64,000 bases of DNA from the NCBI RefSeq assembly GCF_006345805.1, contig NC_043002.1, forward strand, positions 32,302,001 to 32,366,000, read 5' to 3'. Positions 27,211 through 41,603 of the stretch are shown here, in pieces. The notes under the pieces are model-generated. The model was not told the origin of the DNA and ran no database searches. It worked only from the letters and a program-made list of their open reading frames with translations. The position numbers were made by a program, and so were the translations under genes. Each line of letters opens with the position of its first letter. The stretch's first letter is position 1. This DNA comes from Octopus sinensis. Its lineage: Eukaryota.

Positions 27211-28851
27211 TGTTTCTTTATTAGCCACACAGGGCTGCACACAGAAGAACAAATTACAAGGTAGAGCTTTTCTTTTCTTTGAAGGTTTAAAAAAAAAAAG
27301 GGGAGTTTCGATCAAAAGGATCGTAAAGGAGAGAAAGAGGACAAAAAAAGGGGGGTTAAAAAAAAAGGGGAGAGGAAAAAAAAAAAAAAAAAAAAAATTG
27401 ATCAATAGGGATCGTTATCACAGAAATGTCATATGAAGTGTAAAGGGAGGACAGGTGAGGTCTACCCGTGGAAAGAAAAGCCTACGGAAAAGACCACGGT
27501 AACCTCGGTCAATGAAGTCACATTTTATATTTCTTTTTTTTTTTTTTTTTTTTTTTTGCAATAAGCAACTCTCTGTTTTCGATTTCTGGGTTCATAGGAC
27601 TATGCTCAAGGTGGCTTCGTCATTCATACGTGCCATTCTTGCTACATTCACCATCTTTTTTTAAAACATTCGCTAGACAAAACTTGCCTCTCTACTCTCA
27701 CTTTCCTTTTCAAGTGGTACTTGAAGAATTGATGAGAGATTGACCAGAGAGGAAAGTGTTTGTCTCCAATCCTTTCAGACGCGTCCACCAGATACATTCT
27801 TTCGCCATAGCCACAAGGATGATAAAAATAGCTCTTCCTTCCCGTTTGAAGGAGGAGGCGTGACAATATTGACGATAGACTCAGCTGATAAACCGACTCG
27901 TCCCACACGTGACAGCATTGTTCGACATAAGCCCACAGTCGGAAATTGTTGGACACTGAACGAGTGCGTGCAGAACGGTTTCGTCGCTCTGACCGCATCT
28001 CGGGCAGGTCGGCCCCGTGTTTCTCGAGCCGTGTCTGTAGAGCTTATCCCGAACGGGTAGCGCTTCTCGGTAGCACTGCCAGGCCAGGGATCTCTGGAAG
28101 TTGTCCATGGGCCCTGGCCCGAAAGTCGTCCCGAACAGGCGGGTCAGTACTCCTCGTCGACGTCCATTTCGCCCCGAGCTCGTCGTCGTATCTCCCTCCA
28201 CTAAACCCCTATAGAATGCTTTGGTTTTGTTGAAGTCACTTAAGGTCGACCGGGACGGCAGAGTTGCTTGAGAGCAACGCGACACTCGCGGTGCCATTCG
28301 CCCCTCCTCGGCCTCTTTTTGATCCACGACTGCAGTTCGGTCATGGAGACGAGCTGCGGGAAAGCGTGCCTCACAAACGGCGACCACACCTGTTCACCGT
28401 CGTCTACATAGAGCCAGAGATGTCGCAGTCTCAGCGCGTGTCTGCGCATCATCAACCACGGCATGCCCAGCCCTCCTTTTAACGGGTGTTGACAGCAAAT
28501 GGATCGCCTGACCATCGGGACGCATCCTTTCCACAAGAAGCGAAAGAGGATGCGTTGTAGTTTGGTGTTGGTAGGGTCGGGACAAGGTACGACGGTCAGG
28601 CGGTAGTAGATGACGGACGCGATGTACGTGTTCGCCACCTCCGCTCGACCTTTTAGGGACAGTTTCTTCTCGGCCATTGCCGGGCGAGAGTGACCACCCT
28701 ACTCGTTATCTCGTTCCAGTTTCTCTCCACTTGGAGGTCCGGACCAAACCAGACCCCGAGCAACTCACCGGGCCGTCGGTCCAGCGTCCCACGACGGAGG
28801 CGCTGGTGGACGGCATGGGCTTGCTTCTCCGTGCCTAGTCGCAAGCCCACT
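27211..28851 (-). mobile_element. L1/Tx1-clade LINE, 5'-truncated, copy 1
   Basis: GELLGVWFGP...LSLKGRAEVANTYIASVIYYRL...FLWKG...GGLGMP is the post-RT region. RSLAWQCYREALPVRDKL...CPRCGQSDETVLHALVQCP is the zf-RVT knuckle. The 3' end is AATAAAGAAAC followed by (TATC)n. Confidence 0.92.
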
Positions 28852-28885
28852 GGATAGATAGACAGACAGATAGATATGCATATAT

Positions 28886-28931
<46 letters not shown>

Positions 28932-29101
28932 ATTATATATTATATTATATATATATATATATATAGATAGATAGATAGACAGACAGATAGATATGCATAT
29001 ATATATATATATATAATATATATATATTCAATATATATATAATAATACATATATATATATACATATATATGTATATATAATACTATATACATATACCCAC
29101 G

Positions 29102-29156
<55 letters not shown>

Positions 29157-30262
29157 GCACATATTTATATATATATTTATGTATGTATGTATTTGTGCTT
29201 GTTGAAGAAATATAATTTTGAATACTGTTAAATAAAGGCTATAAATATTTTCATTGTCTTCACGCTTGAAACAATTGTGTCTCTTATTGTTGGAATATTT
29301 TTAGTTAACAAAAGGAATCTAAATACCACTATTTCCTGTTCTGTTTCAAATGAAACAATACCAACTCAATGACAGATAATTGTTCTTCTTCACAGACTTT
29401 GGGAATCTTTTTGATTGCTACATTTGACGTCATTTCACTTCTCACATTGTTTCAAGATTTTCAGTAAATATCTTAGAAACTATGCCGTTTGTTTAGTGAT
29501 CATGAAAATGTCAATGCAAAATTTGTAAACAATATACGTACATACCCATATATGATCATGTGCGTGTGCGTGTGTGTGTCTGCGTGTACGTAGTGCGTGC
29601 GGGTGTTTGTATTTTTCAAACATTGTTTGCGTGGGTTGCTGAAGTCGACGTAAAATTGAACAAAAAGTTGATAAGTGGTTGGCACTCAACGATATTTGTC
29701 TTGTGATTACATAAACCCAATAAATCCCCTGACAATCTTCGCATGCATTTATATAGATTCAGTAAATCCGATGAGTGTCTTCAATGTTCCTGAAGAGGTG
29801 TCTTACGCAGGCATTTCTTCAGAAGAGCATATATGATTAGGTGATCGAGTTACTTGTTATGTATCCCCAAAAGAGTTACAGATACAAGCATAACACATAA
29901 AGAGGCCAAGATCTCCTGAGGCTGATCTATTGATTGTTGAGAATTTAGATGGTGTTGCTCTTGAAAATTTTAAAGTAATGTGAATAGAATCATAAACAAC
30001 AGGATATCAAGAGGTGATGCAGTACGACTGTTTCAAGTGGCTCTATTTAATTAAACAATGCAATCATTACATCACTTTAAATGCAGGACTATCCTCAGCT
30101 GCATAAAGAAATAGGATTGTTAATCAGTTGGACATATTAATATAATTTTACTTAAATTCTCTAACAAAGCAAGAAAAGGGAAACGATCCATGTTGCTACT
30201 AATGTAGCTCAAAATATAATACGCTTCTAAGAAATGTATGAAGTTTTCTAGGGGCGTATATA

Positions 30263-30304
<42 letters not shown>

Positions 30305-30449
30305 TAATTTGGTTAAAACATCGTAACGTGTATGTTAGAAACCTTATGTTATCCTACAGAAGGGTGTATTCCAGTATTCCAGCGATGGATACACGTGTGC
30401 AACTCTTCTTTGCATAAGATTAATGCAAGGATGATATAACATGAAGATA

Positions 30450-30583
30450 GAGGATATTAAGCTTTAATACTAGACAGAATATTTATTTCTGCACCGTACA
30501 CCACCTTTAATTTTCTGAGTTTATATAATGGTGTACGGTACAGAAACAAATGTTGTGACCTGCTATTAAAGCCTGATATCCTC
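30450..30583. repeat. Imperfect 134 bp hairpin (MITE-like)
   Basis: gaggatattaagctttaata...ttctgcaccgtacacca mirrors tggtgtacggtacagaaa...tattaaagcctgatatcctc. Confidence 0.7.
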
Positions 30584-30603
30584 CATTCTCGTATATATAT
30601 ATA

Positions 30604-30668
<65 letters not shown>

Positions 30669-30692
30669 ATTATTATATATATATATATATAA

Positions 30693-30922
30693 AGGGTAAA
30701 GACCCCCTTCGGTCATGAATGACCATGGGATTGCACCTAGAAAGTTACCCTCCTAGACACAAGTCCGGGCAAGGTTGTTTATGGAAGACCAGCAGTCGCC
30801 CATGCATACCAGCCTCCCCTCTCCACGCCACCAGTGTTATCCAAGGGAAAGACAAAGGTCGATACAGCTTGGCACTAGTGACGTCGCAACTCATTTCTAC
30901 AGCTGAGTGAACTGGAGCAACG
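30693..30922 (-). mobile_element. SINE 3' part (fourth family)
   Basis: GC-richer repeat-like block. A related diverged 5' part appears at about 31615-31750. Recognised from memory as an abundant octopus SINE. Confidence 0.55.
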
Positions 30923-31212
30923 GGAGGCCCAGTGGTTAGGGCAACGGACTCGCAGTCGTAGGATCGCGGTTTCCATTCACAGACCGAGCGAAAACCCTTA
31001 AAGCTCCACGTGTCTCAGACAGGGATTGGTGGCGAATCCTGCTGTACTCTATCACCACAATTTCTTTCACACGGTCATCCTGTTTCTGTTGTACCTGTAT
31101 TTCAGAGGGCCAGCCTGGTCACACTCCGTGTCACACTGCATCTCCCTGCGAACTACGTTAAGGGTACACGTGTCTGGAGCACTCAGCCATTTCCACTTAC
31201 GTGCAGGCTGTT
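30923..31212 (+). mobile_element. tRNA-derived SINE sharing its head with 22272 but carrying a different tail
   Basis: ggaggcccagtggttagggcaacggactcgcagtcgtaggatcgcgg...agaccgagcg...aagctccacg aligns to 22272-22385. Confidence 0.7.
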
Positions 31213-31297
31213 CAGACGTAGTATATATAGTAAGAGATAGATAGAAATACACACACACACACACCACACATATATATATATATAATAATATATATAT

Positions 31298-31331
<34 letters not shown>

Positions 31332-31435
31332 TAGATATACATAAATATATATATATATATATATAATACATATATATATATACATATATATATATACATA
31401 TACATATACACACACACACACACCACACATATATA

Positions 31436-31474
<39 letters not shown>

Positions 31475-31773
31475 CTTTCTGTACATACTATAGGGAAAAC
31501 ACAGATCAAAAGTTGTTCTGAAGTTACAGGTTCATATGCCTAGTTTCATGGATTCTGTAACATATAAACCCCGTCTATCAACTGGAGACCGGGGTCGAAA
31601 GCAAGATTACTCATGTTCTTTAGCTGAGTAGACAAGTAGAACGTGAAATGATATGCTTAGCAGAACACAGCGCATCGCGAGGTTAAGGAATGGTAACGGT
31701 AACTTTGCGATCATGAATGCAAGGATCCTTACCACTAAGCCACGTGCTTCCACCATACATAGATACATACAAG

Positions 31774-31836
<63 letters not shown>

Positions 31837-31841
31837 ATATG

Positions 31842-32061
31842 TATATATAGAAAATAGTAAAAAGTGAAAAAACTACAGAAGGCTTGTTTTAAAAGTTAAA
31901 AATATATATTGAGTCATTATGTCAGAGAATGTTATAAATTTTTTCCAACAATATGAAAAAAAATTATAACATTCTTCTGACATAATGACTCAATATATAT
32001 TTTTTAACCTTTTAAAACAAGCCTTCTGTAGTTTTTTCACTTTTTACTATTTTCTATATAT
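31842..32061. repeat. About 220 bp near-perfect palindrome in a TA-rich context
   Basis: tatatagaaaatagtaaaaagtg...gtcagagaatgttataa mirrors ttataacattcttctgac...cactttttactattttctatata. Confidence 0.92.
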
Positions 32062-32094
32062 ACAACAACGTGCTTTCACACACCAACTTTCTCA

Positions 32095-33176
32095 CCTATA
32101 TATATATATATATATATTTACATACATACATATAATATATATAAATATATACACACACATAATATATATATAAGTATAAATATATACATATATTATTATG
32201 TATATATATATATACACATACATATATATATGTGTATATATATATACATACATACATATATATTATATATGTATATATATATACATACATATATATATGT
32301 ATATATATACATACATATATATATATATAGATGTATATATATATACATATATATATATGTAATATATACATACATAATATATGTATATATATACATAATA
32401 TATATATATGTATATATATACATACATACATATATATATGTATATATATACATACATAAATACATATATATATATACATACATACATATATATGTATACA
32501 TATACATACATATATATATATATGTATATATATACATACATACACATATATATGTATATATATATATATCTATATACATACATATATATATGTATATATA
32601 TACATATATATACATACATACATACATGTATGTATATATATACATACATACATACATACGTATATGTATATATATACATACATACATATATGTATATATA
32701 CATACATATATGTATATATATACATACATATATGTATATATATACATACATACATATATGTATATATATATATATATACATACATACATACATATATGTA
32801 TATATATATACATACATATATGTATATTTATACATACATACATACATATATGTACATATACACATACATACATGTATATATATACATACATACAAATATG
32901 TATATATATACATACATACATATATGTATATATATACATACATACATATATGTATATATATACATACATGAATATATCATACATATATGTATATATATAC
33001 ATACATATATAATATATATATATATATATATAATACATACATACATACGTACATACATACATACATTAATATACATATATATATACATTTACATATATAT
33101 ACATACATATATATAATATATATATATGTATATAAGCATACATACATATGTATTTACGTGTGTAGCATGTGCATGT

Positions 33177-33262
<86 letters not shown>
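32095..33262. repeat. About 1.15 kb compound (TA)/(TACA)/(TG) microsatellite
   Basis: Direct reading; source of many artefactual YI/HT ORFs. Confidence 0.95.
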
Positions 33263-33264
<2 letters not shown>

Positions 33265-35049
33265 ATGTGCATGTCGGTGTGGATATGTATGTACAATATC
33301 CTTCATATTTGCTCTGGATGCAGCAGTAGTTTATACGGTATGATATGTGTCGTGTTAATCATAACAAAGTCAGCTCACACAAAACAAGTCTGACTACCAA
33401 ATACCTTCATTTGTTCTCCATATTCTCCATAATCTCCGTAGAGCCACACAACCGTATTCCTCTACCCCCGTCTCTTACACGCAGTCACATCTATCATCAT
33501 CCTTGTCAACTTATATCTATGCGTTCCCATCTCTCTTCTTCTTTCACCGTATCTTCTTTACAATGTCATCATCTACATGTTGTGATAAACCGTCGTAATA
33601 AATGCGCCTCGAATTTATCCTTTAAATCTCACTGACGCGTTTCAAAGATTATCGTTAGCACGTGACAGGATTTAGTAGATTCTGTTGGCTGCTCATCTGA
33701 ATTGGATGCAGTCAGTTTTCGTTTTTCAATTATTTTTCGCAAGCTTCATTAATGACCGGGACAAAATCATTAAGAATGGATGTCCCGTATGATCAGAATT
33801 TTTGCTTAATGCACATCATATACATCATTTCCTCCGTTTATGAAGACTTGCTGAACTTTTTGGAATCATACGCAAGTTGCTCAGTGAATACTGTATGATG
33901 AAAGAGAGAATGAGGGAGATGTCGAATAAAGAAAGAAAGGAATGAGAGAGAGGTCGGGAGAGAGAAGGAGAGAAAGGAGATTCACAGTCTCAAACGGACA
34001 GCACATGTGCAGTCAATCATATTAAAACATGCATACACACATATATACACATGCGTACACATACGCACATTCACACATACAAAATCTCATATGCATTCAC
34101 CAACACATAACACAGGTTACATACATGCACTTACTCGGACATACATACACATACACAGACACACAAACACACATAAGTGTATGTATGTATGTATATGCAT
34201 GTGTTGTGTGTGTGTGTGTGTATGTGTTTGCAGATGTGTGTTTGAGTGTTTGAGAACAATCGTGAATGTGTTTTTGCGTATATGCATGTGTTTGTATATA
34301 TTTTAGAAGTAACATGAGTAAGATAAATAACGAGAAAGAGAAAGAGAAATAACGAGGAGCGAGAAAGAGTGGAGGAGGGGGGGTTATAAGAGAGAGTGAA
34401 ACGCATTGTATATTTGTAATAATGTTAGTGTGCATTATAAGAGTAAAATTGTGCGAAGGATTATGTGTAAAGTATATGTAAGAGGAAATGTGTGCTGAGA
34501 GAAATGCGAGGTGAAAAAATGTGTTGAAGATTACTATTTATTTAGCTATATCCCAGATCCAATAAATAACATTGCTTTTTTTCTTTGCGATTTCCTTTTT
34601 ATTGACATGTCGATTATCGCAGCAGATTTTTTTTTTAAATAACTAATGATACATCTCGATATCTTTCTGATATCATTAGACTCAAATACCGTGACTATGG
34701 CGGTGTTTTAATAACGTAATATAATTATGATATTATCAGTATTATATGCTTATGCTATCGTATTAATATCTATACAATATTATAAGATAATCTTCCACGT
34801 ATCTCGTGTTTATTATGTTCTGTTTTGTATATTAATATGATATCGTAACAGAATCTTAATTTAATTTGTTTAAAAAGAACTCTTCCGTATAGATATATCG
34901 ATACTAATGTATATCCTTCCGAGCACGATAAAATAAATAACCAGTCTAGTACGGAGATCAGTATGATTTAGTGTTCCCTTCTCACATACTCGCACAAACA
35001 AACAAAAAAAACATCTTAAAACTTCCTTTGTATGAAAAACAAAAAACCG

Positions 35050-35378
35050 CGCAGGCGTGGCTGTGTAATAAGAAGCTTGCTGCTTAATCCTTTGGACCTA
35101 GGTTCAGTCACTGTGTAGTGCCGTGGGCAAAATCTCTTCTACTATAGAACCAGATCGGCCAAAACTTGTGTGTGGATTTCTTTGGTGGAAATTTGTTCAT
35201 ATAGATTTCAAAATCGCCGAGATCGACTTTGCCTTTCATCCTTTCGAGGTCGATAAATTAAATACCAGTTACGCACTGGGGTCGATGTAATCGACTTAAT
35301 CCTTTGTTTGTCCTTGTTTGTCCCCTCTATGTTTAGCCCCTTGTGGGCAATAAATAAATAACAATACCACATTTCCGG
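35050..35378 (+). mobile_element. Diverged long-family SINE 5' part followed by a short-family SINE 3' part
   Basis: gcaggcgtggctgtg...ttctactatag, then gccgagatcgactttgcctttcatcctttcgaggtcgat...gccccttgtgggcaataaa. Confidence 0.7.
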
Positions 35379-35776
35379 AGATGACGTTCGTGGTCGCTTT
35401 TTCAGATCGCTCATCATCTTCCAAAGATGTTCTTATGCATTGAAGTGCTACTCGAAACATTGTGTACGACCCGTCGCCGTGAGCTTGCCTCGTCCCTATG
35501 AGCATGCTGAGCATGTTCAATGTCCCTTTAGCAGACTTCCCAAGTTTAACGCAAAATTTCACGTTGGCTATTTGTTTCTCTCCATGACAAAATCGCTGAC
35601 TACAGCATGCAGTTGTAAACCATGAGTTTCACAACTTATCAAGTAAACAAAGCGATGTCACTTGGCACACTGCTTCATGAAGTTGACTGCTACCTCTCAC
35701 TGCACAGGCAACCGTGTGCTGTCATCTGTTGGTGCGCTACAGAACTAGTCTGAGAACTTTTTGATACTACTTCGTG
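35379..35776 (-). mobile_element. Mariner-like transposon 5' fragment (TIR plus transposase N-terminal HTH)
   Basis: The minus strand begins TACGAAGTAGTATCAAAAAGTT, a mariner-type TIR start. It encodes KFCVKLGKSAKGTLNML...SLEDDERSEK, similar to the IKFCVKLGKSATET...SLEDDERSGRP mariner motif. Confidence 0.8.
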
Positions 35777-37831
35777 ATCGCAGTTTATATAGATCTGTTT
35801 TCTAGAAGTAGATTTAAGCAGCTGGCATCAACATAATAGTGGAGTCCTGTCATATGCTTCTTTGATATATGATCATTTGCAGTGAATATCCTCATCTAGC
35901 TGAAATGTATTTAACACATAGTATAAAAGGTGCATCCCTGCGATCTTCAAAAGACCCGATAGCTAATAACATATCTCCTATTGATCCTTATTTTATAATT
36001 ATAACCGGTTGCTGACTTTCTAAACTGAGAGAAACAATAATGTCCCTCATTGTTTGCCGTTGACACATCAACAAGTTAGATCACTCTAATACTGGAAATA
36101 TACACGGGTGGCTATACCTCCTCCTTACATGAGAATTTAAGAAATTATTTAGGCTTCGACTCTTCATTTTGCTAATGTATCAGTTGTATTGAATTATGAT
36201 GCTATCTTTACATGAATATCAAATATAAGTTTGGCTACAATATTTTCTTTTCAATATATTTGTTTCCCATATCTGATTGTTAACATCCAATAGGCTGCTG
36301 TCGTCAGTTATGATTAGTTATGCCAAGAGTATTCATGTTACGCATCTAGAAATCTATCTGAACAAAATTCGAATGTCTATTTCTGTGCATAGAAATGACA
36401 TCTATCAACAAACATAAATTCACATTTACAACGTTGCAAATTCTGCATCTAAGAGACTAGCGAACCCCTCCATGACCAAAACAATATTTGAGCACAAAGT
36501 ATATTGTTACTTTCTGCAAAGCTCAAGTGAAATTCGCAATGAAATATTGTTCCCATATTTGGGACACTGTGGCCGATATGCTTGTGGGCATCTGAAACAT
36601 TATCCAAAAATAATCCTTTCGTTCATTCTCAAAATTCCACTCAGCGAAACATTTCAATAATTAGTCCGCAAACACTATCACTCTGATTCCTGTAAACCAC
36701 TCCACCCAGTGTATTCGACAGTCATCATTCTTCCAATTGTCAGCCATTTTGTGTTTCCTTTCGCAGACCATGCTTTAACCACTATCTCCACACGTTCTCC
36801 TCAGATCGGCTTTTCAATCACGTTTTTATTATTTTTTTGTTGCTTAATCTTGGATTAAGCATAGTTGAAAAGGCATTCTAACCGTAAGAATCCCGTATTT
36901 TATGTACAGGATTATATTCTATAACATGTACTATCCTTACTTAAGATGTGAACGTGTAAATTGAGGGAGACTAGGCTACTATATATCTAAGATCGAGCAA
37001 CAATATCGATGTCGCTTTGTCGGTCCGCTTCTTGTTCACCCGCCATTTTCTTTTTGCTGTCGTCGATTTACAGATATTGAAAATCCTTTTCAATTTTGTT
37101 AAAGTCTCCAGCCTCGGAAATACTGCCACGGTCGTGACTCTAGCTGTATGGTTTTTTCTCCTCAATAAACAATAAAAATGCCATACAGATATTTATCAAA
37201 CATTTCTGCAGTAGTTTCTTATACGATGCAGACGACAAGGAGGCAAATAAAATAATTTTAAATTTCATAATGTAATTTCACGACCATCTTATTGAGCATA
37301 TTGTTTCCTTGTGGTACTAGTCATGTATCATATACAAAGAAATATGGGCTTATATTGTAATAATAGTTACGTGGACGATGGCAGCTCAGTGTATCAGTCA
37401 GTATAGAACTCTATAGAACAATATAGCAAATATGAAGAAACTCTTTAACACTCCTCCACATTAAAGGTCTGTTCGTTAGAGCTGACTTGAGAGTAAACTA
37501 CGAACACAACAGTCTCCCTCTATAATTTTTACTTCAATTCCAAAGAATATTGCTCTGCTTTACAGCCAACAAATTGACATTAAATTACAAAAGTTGCTCA
37601 ATACGCGAAGGTTTTATTAGGAAAAAAGAGAAAGCAAATTCGCATTTCTGAAAACAATAAAATAAAATACGAATAGGGAAAGCCACTGGCCAAAAACGGG
37701 GATTCATTTGTGCACGATGAACTAATGTCTAATGCTTTAATAGCTTGTGGGAAAACTGGATGCAAAATGTCGTTTGAGGCAAAAGTATGTGAATGTGTGT
37801 GTGTGTGTGTGTGTGTGTAGATAGATAGATA

Positions 37832-38814
37832 AGTTTCTTTATTGGCCACACAGGGCTGCACACAGATGGGACAAATTACAAGGTAGAGCTTTTCTTTTGG
37901 GGGATGAAAAGAAAAAAAAAGTGGCGTAGGTTTTCGATCAAAAGGGATAGTAAAAGGAAAAAAAGAAAAAAAGAAAAGAAACAAAAGAAAAGAAAAAAGA
38001 AAAAGGAGAAAAAAGGGGAAGAGGAGAAAAAACGATCAATAGGGATCATATATCACAGTGTCATGATGTACGGTGTAAAGGGAGAAGCAGATAAGGTTTA
38101 TCCGTGGGAAGAAAAGCCTACGAAAAAGACCACGGTAACCTCGGTCAATATTGTTATATGTTACCACATTTGTTTGCAAGTGGGTAACCCTCTGTTTTCA
38201 ATTTCTGGGTTCATAGGATTATGCTCAAGGTGGCTTCGTCATTCATACGTGCCATCCTTGCTACATTCACCCATCTTTTTTTAAAACATTTGCTAGACAA
38301 AACTTGCCTCTCTACTCTCACTTTTCTTTTCAAGTGGTACTTGAAGAAGTTGATGAGAGATTGACCTGAGAGGAAAGTGTTTGTCTCCAATCCTTTCAGA
38401 CGCGTCCACCAGATACATTCTTTCGCCATAGCCACAAGGATGATGAAAATAGCTATTCTTTCCCGTTTGAAGGAAGGAGGCGTGACAATATTGACGATAG
38501 ACTCAGTTTATAAACCGACTCGTCCCACACGTGACAGCAGTTGTTCGACATAAGCCCACAGGTCGGAAATTGTTGGACACTGTACGAGTGCGTGCAGAAC
38601 GGTTTCGTCGCTCTGACCGCATCTCGAGCAGGTCGGCCCCGTGTTTCTCGAGCCGTGTCTGTAGAGCTTATCCCGAACGGGTAGCGCTTCTCGGTAGCAC
38701 TGCCAGGCCAGTGATCTCTGGAAGTTATCCATGGGCCCTGGCCCGAAAGTCATCCCGAACAGGTGGGTCAGGTATTCCTCGTCGACGACCAGGTTCGCCC
38801 CGAGCTCGTCGTCG

Positions 38815-38815
<1 letters not shown>
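37832..38815 (-). mobile_element. L1/Tx1-clade LINE, 5'-truncated, copy 2
   Basis: High identity to 27211-28195, including the zf-RVT region. (GATA)n lies at both junctions. Confidence 0.92.
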
Positions 38816-38883
<68 letters not shown>

Positions 38884-38934
38884 GGCTAGATAGATGGATA
38901 GATAGATAGATAGGTAGATAGATAGCTAGATAGC

Positions 38935-39005
<71 letters not shown>

Positions 39006-39027
39006 GAGATAGATAGATAGATAGATA
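38816..39027. repeat. (GATA)n microsatellite
   Basis: Direct reading of the sequence. Confidence 0.95.
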
Positions 39028-39523
39028 TACGCCTTCACTTCGCATTTGTGCACAATGTTAGTCCAAAAGTAGAAACCTGCCGGGAGGAAATCGGCAGAAG
39101 ACCTGTAGTTACAACACGGGGTGGAAAATCACGGTCCAATGGTCCAACCATCATTCTATCCATAATAGAACTGGGTGGGAAAGAAATGTAGTGAGGACAA
39201 TTCCGGTTAGCAAGTTCTACTCCAGACGAAATGTCGGAGGTCCCTACTCCACTCCCATTTTTGCGCTAACCTCAATGCCGTTGGTTTTCACAGAATGGGT
39301 TCCATTGTACTTTTGCTAGCGAATGTTATCAACTCTAGTTAGATCTCCGCCAACCCGCCAATCTCAGTTGGTATCACGCAAGTTTGATGCGGAGAAAGAA
39401 CCTATCGTGAATTTCGAAGAACAACCTGGGATATTCGACCATATAAAAAGCCACTGCTAAAATGAAATATCAGTGTTATTTTCATTTTTGCATAATTTAG
39501 ATGGCAGTTTATGCAAAGCACCC

Positions 39524-39760
39524 TATATATATATATATATAGATATATATATATATATATATAATATATATATATATAATATATATATATATATATACAT
39601 ACATACATATATACATACATATAATACATACATATATATATACATACATATATATATACATACATATATATATACATATATATATATTATATATATATAT
39701 ATACTATATATATATATATACATACATATATACATACATATATATACATATATATACATA

Positions 39761-39801
<41 letters not shown>

Positions 39802-39917
39802 ATTCATTTACATACATATACATATACATACATATATATACATGTGTGTATTTGTGTGTGTCTGTGTGTGTACGTATATTTATGTAGATAGATATATCTA
39901 CGAGTAAAGATTTTGTA

Positions 39918-39961
<44 letters not shown>

Positions 39962-39972
39962 CGTGCGTGCGT
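39524..39972. repeat. Compound (TA)/(TACA)/(TG) microsatellite
   Basis: Direct reading of the sequence. Confidence 0.9.
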
Positions 39973-41269
39973 AAAAACCCTGATACATAAATATTTGTGT
40001 CACAGATTTTTGACCATGTTTCGTAACGGTGACTAAAGTACAAATCTTGTGTTAAAACAACTCTAAAAAAAAAAAACATACAAGAAAAAAATTCTGATTC
40101 GCCAAAAAAAGTATCTGCGAAAATATCATAAATGTATGATACATTTTTATTCTTCTTTTATATGAAACAGCACTCTGTGTGTTTACTGATTTCATCGCCT
40201 TCGCTTTTTTCCCACGTTGACAAGAAACTTGTCACCTTTATAAAAAAAAAATGTCCAAAATAATACGATCTGATTTTTAACGTTGAACCATTATCAGCAT
40301 CATTATCGTAACCAGTACCATTAACATCATCACCATCATCGTCATCCTTATTGTCGTTATCATTACCATCGTAATCACAATCACGATCATCTCTATCAAC
40401 TCCTTCGTCATCATCGTCCTCATGATCACGATCACAATTATCAGCATCATCACACCATTTTCTTCACAGTTAGTTGTATATGATACGGCGATATATTTCT
40501 CATCGTGCAGCAGCCATGTTTGCTGTAAAGCTTTGGAAAGTTCCTTGTCTTCTTATCTCACGGGAAATTTTTTTTCAGAATTCATTTGCTTATTGTCGAC
40601 AAACGCCATCTTAGTTTCATTTCTGAGACTCCTGTCGAGGGCTTTGGAGTAGTTTATTCGGAGAAAAGTTTTCAATGTTGCGCTACCGCCATATTCCCTC
40701 GAGGTATAAACTGTCAGTATTACTTTGCTTGGCTGATCTTTTTACTAATGGCAGCCAATCTAGAAACATCAAAAATGTAAACTTGATGATTCGCGCTGAA
40801 ATTTTCCCTCGGGAAAAGCTCTGAGTTCGTCATTCTGTAGAACCACTATCGGAAATCGAATTTAGGAAGCTATTGTATTCAATAAGTGAACATTGCTTTA
40901 TATTAAAAATTGAATAACGTAAATTGGTCATGCGCACTGAGGTAGTAAAACACAGCCAGGTCGACATCTGACATTACATTTATTCTTTTCTCTCCAAGTT
41001 CATATGAAAGGAAGGAAAGCAATATTATAAATATTTGGAAACTCGACCCCAGCATTACTATGAATCGTCAGCAGATTACAGAACGTGATTTTCTGATGTA
41101 ATGTGAAAAGATTTCTGCCAGAAATCATGATGGTAAGTTTCTAACTTTCTTTTACACACACACACACGCGGGCACATACACAAACACATATACACAAAAA
41201 CAAACATATACATGCATACATACATACACACACACACGCTTACATACATGCATATGCATATAAGTTTAT

Positions 41270-41397
41270 AGATAGATAGATACATACGTACGTACGAACA
41301 TACATACATATATTCATACAAACGTTGGTAGGTAGGTAGTTAGGTAGGTGGGTTGGTAGAGAGATAGACAGACGGAATGGCAGATATATAGACAGAC

Positions 41398-41484
<87 letters not shown>

Positions 41485-41547
41485 GGGATAGATAGATGGA
41501 TAGATAAATAGATTGGTATGTAAATAGTCAGACAGACAGACTGACAA

Positions 41548-41603
<56 letters not shown>

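Noticed and set aside
36300-37200. Possible Gypsy RT remnant on the minus strand
   Set aside because: Only a vague resemblance, with no YxDD or other diagnostic motif.
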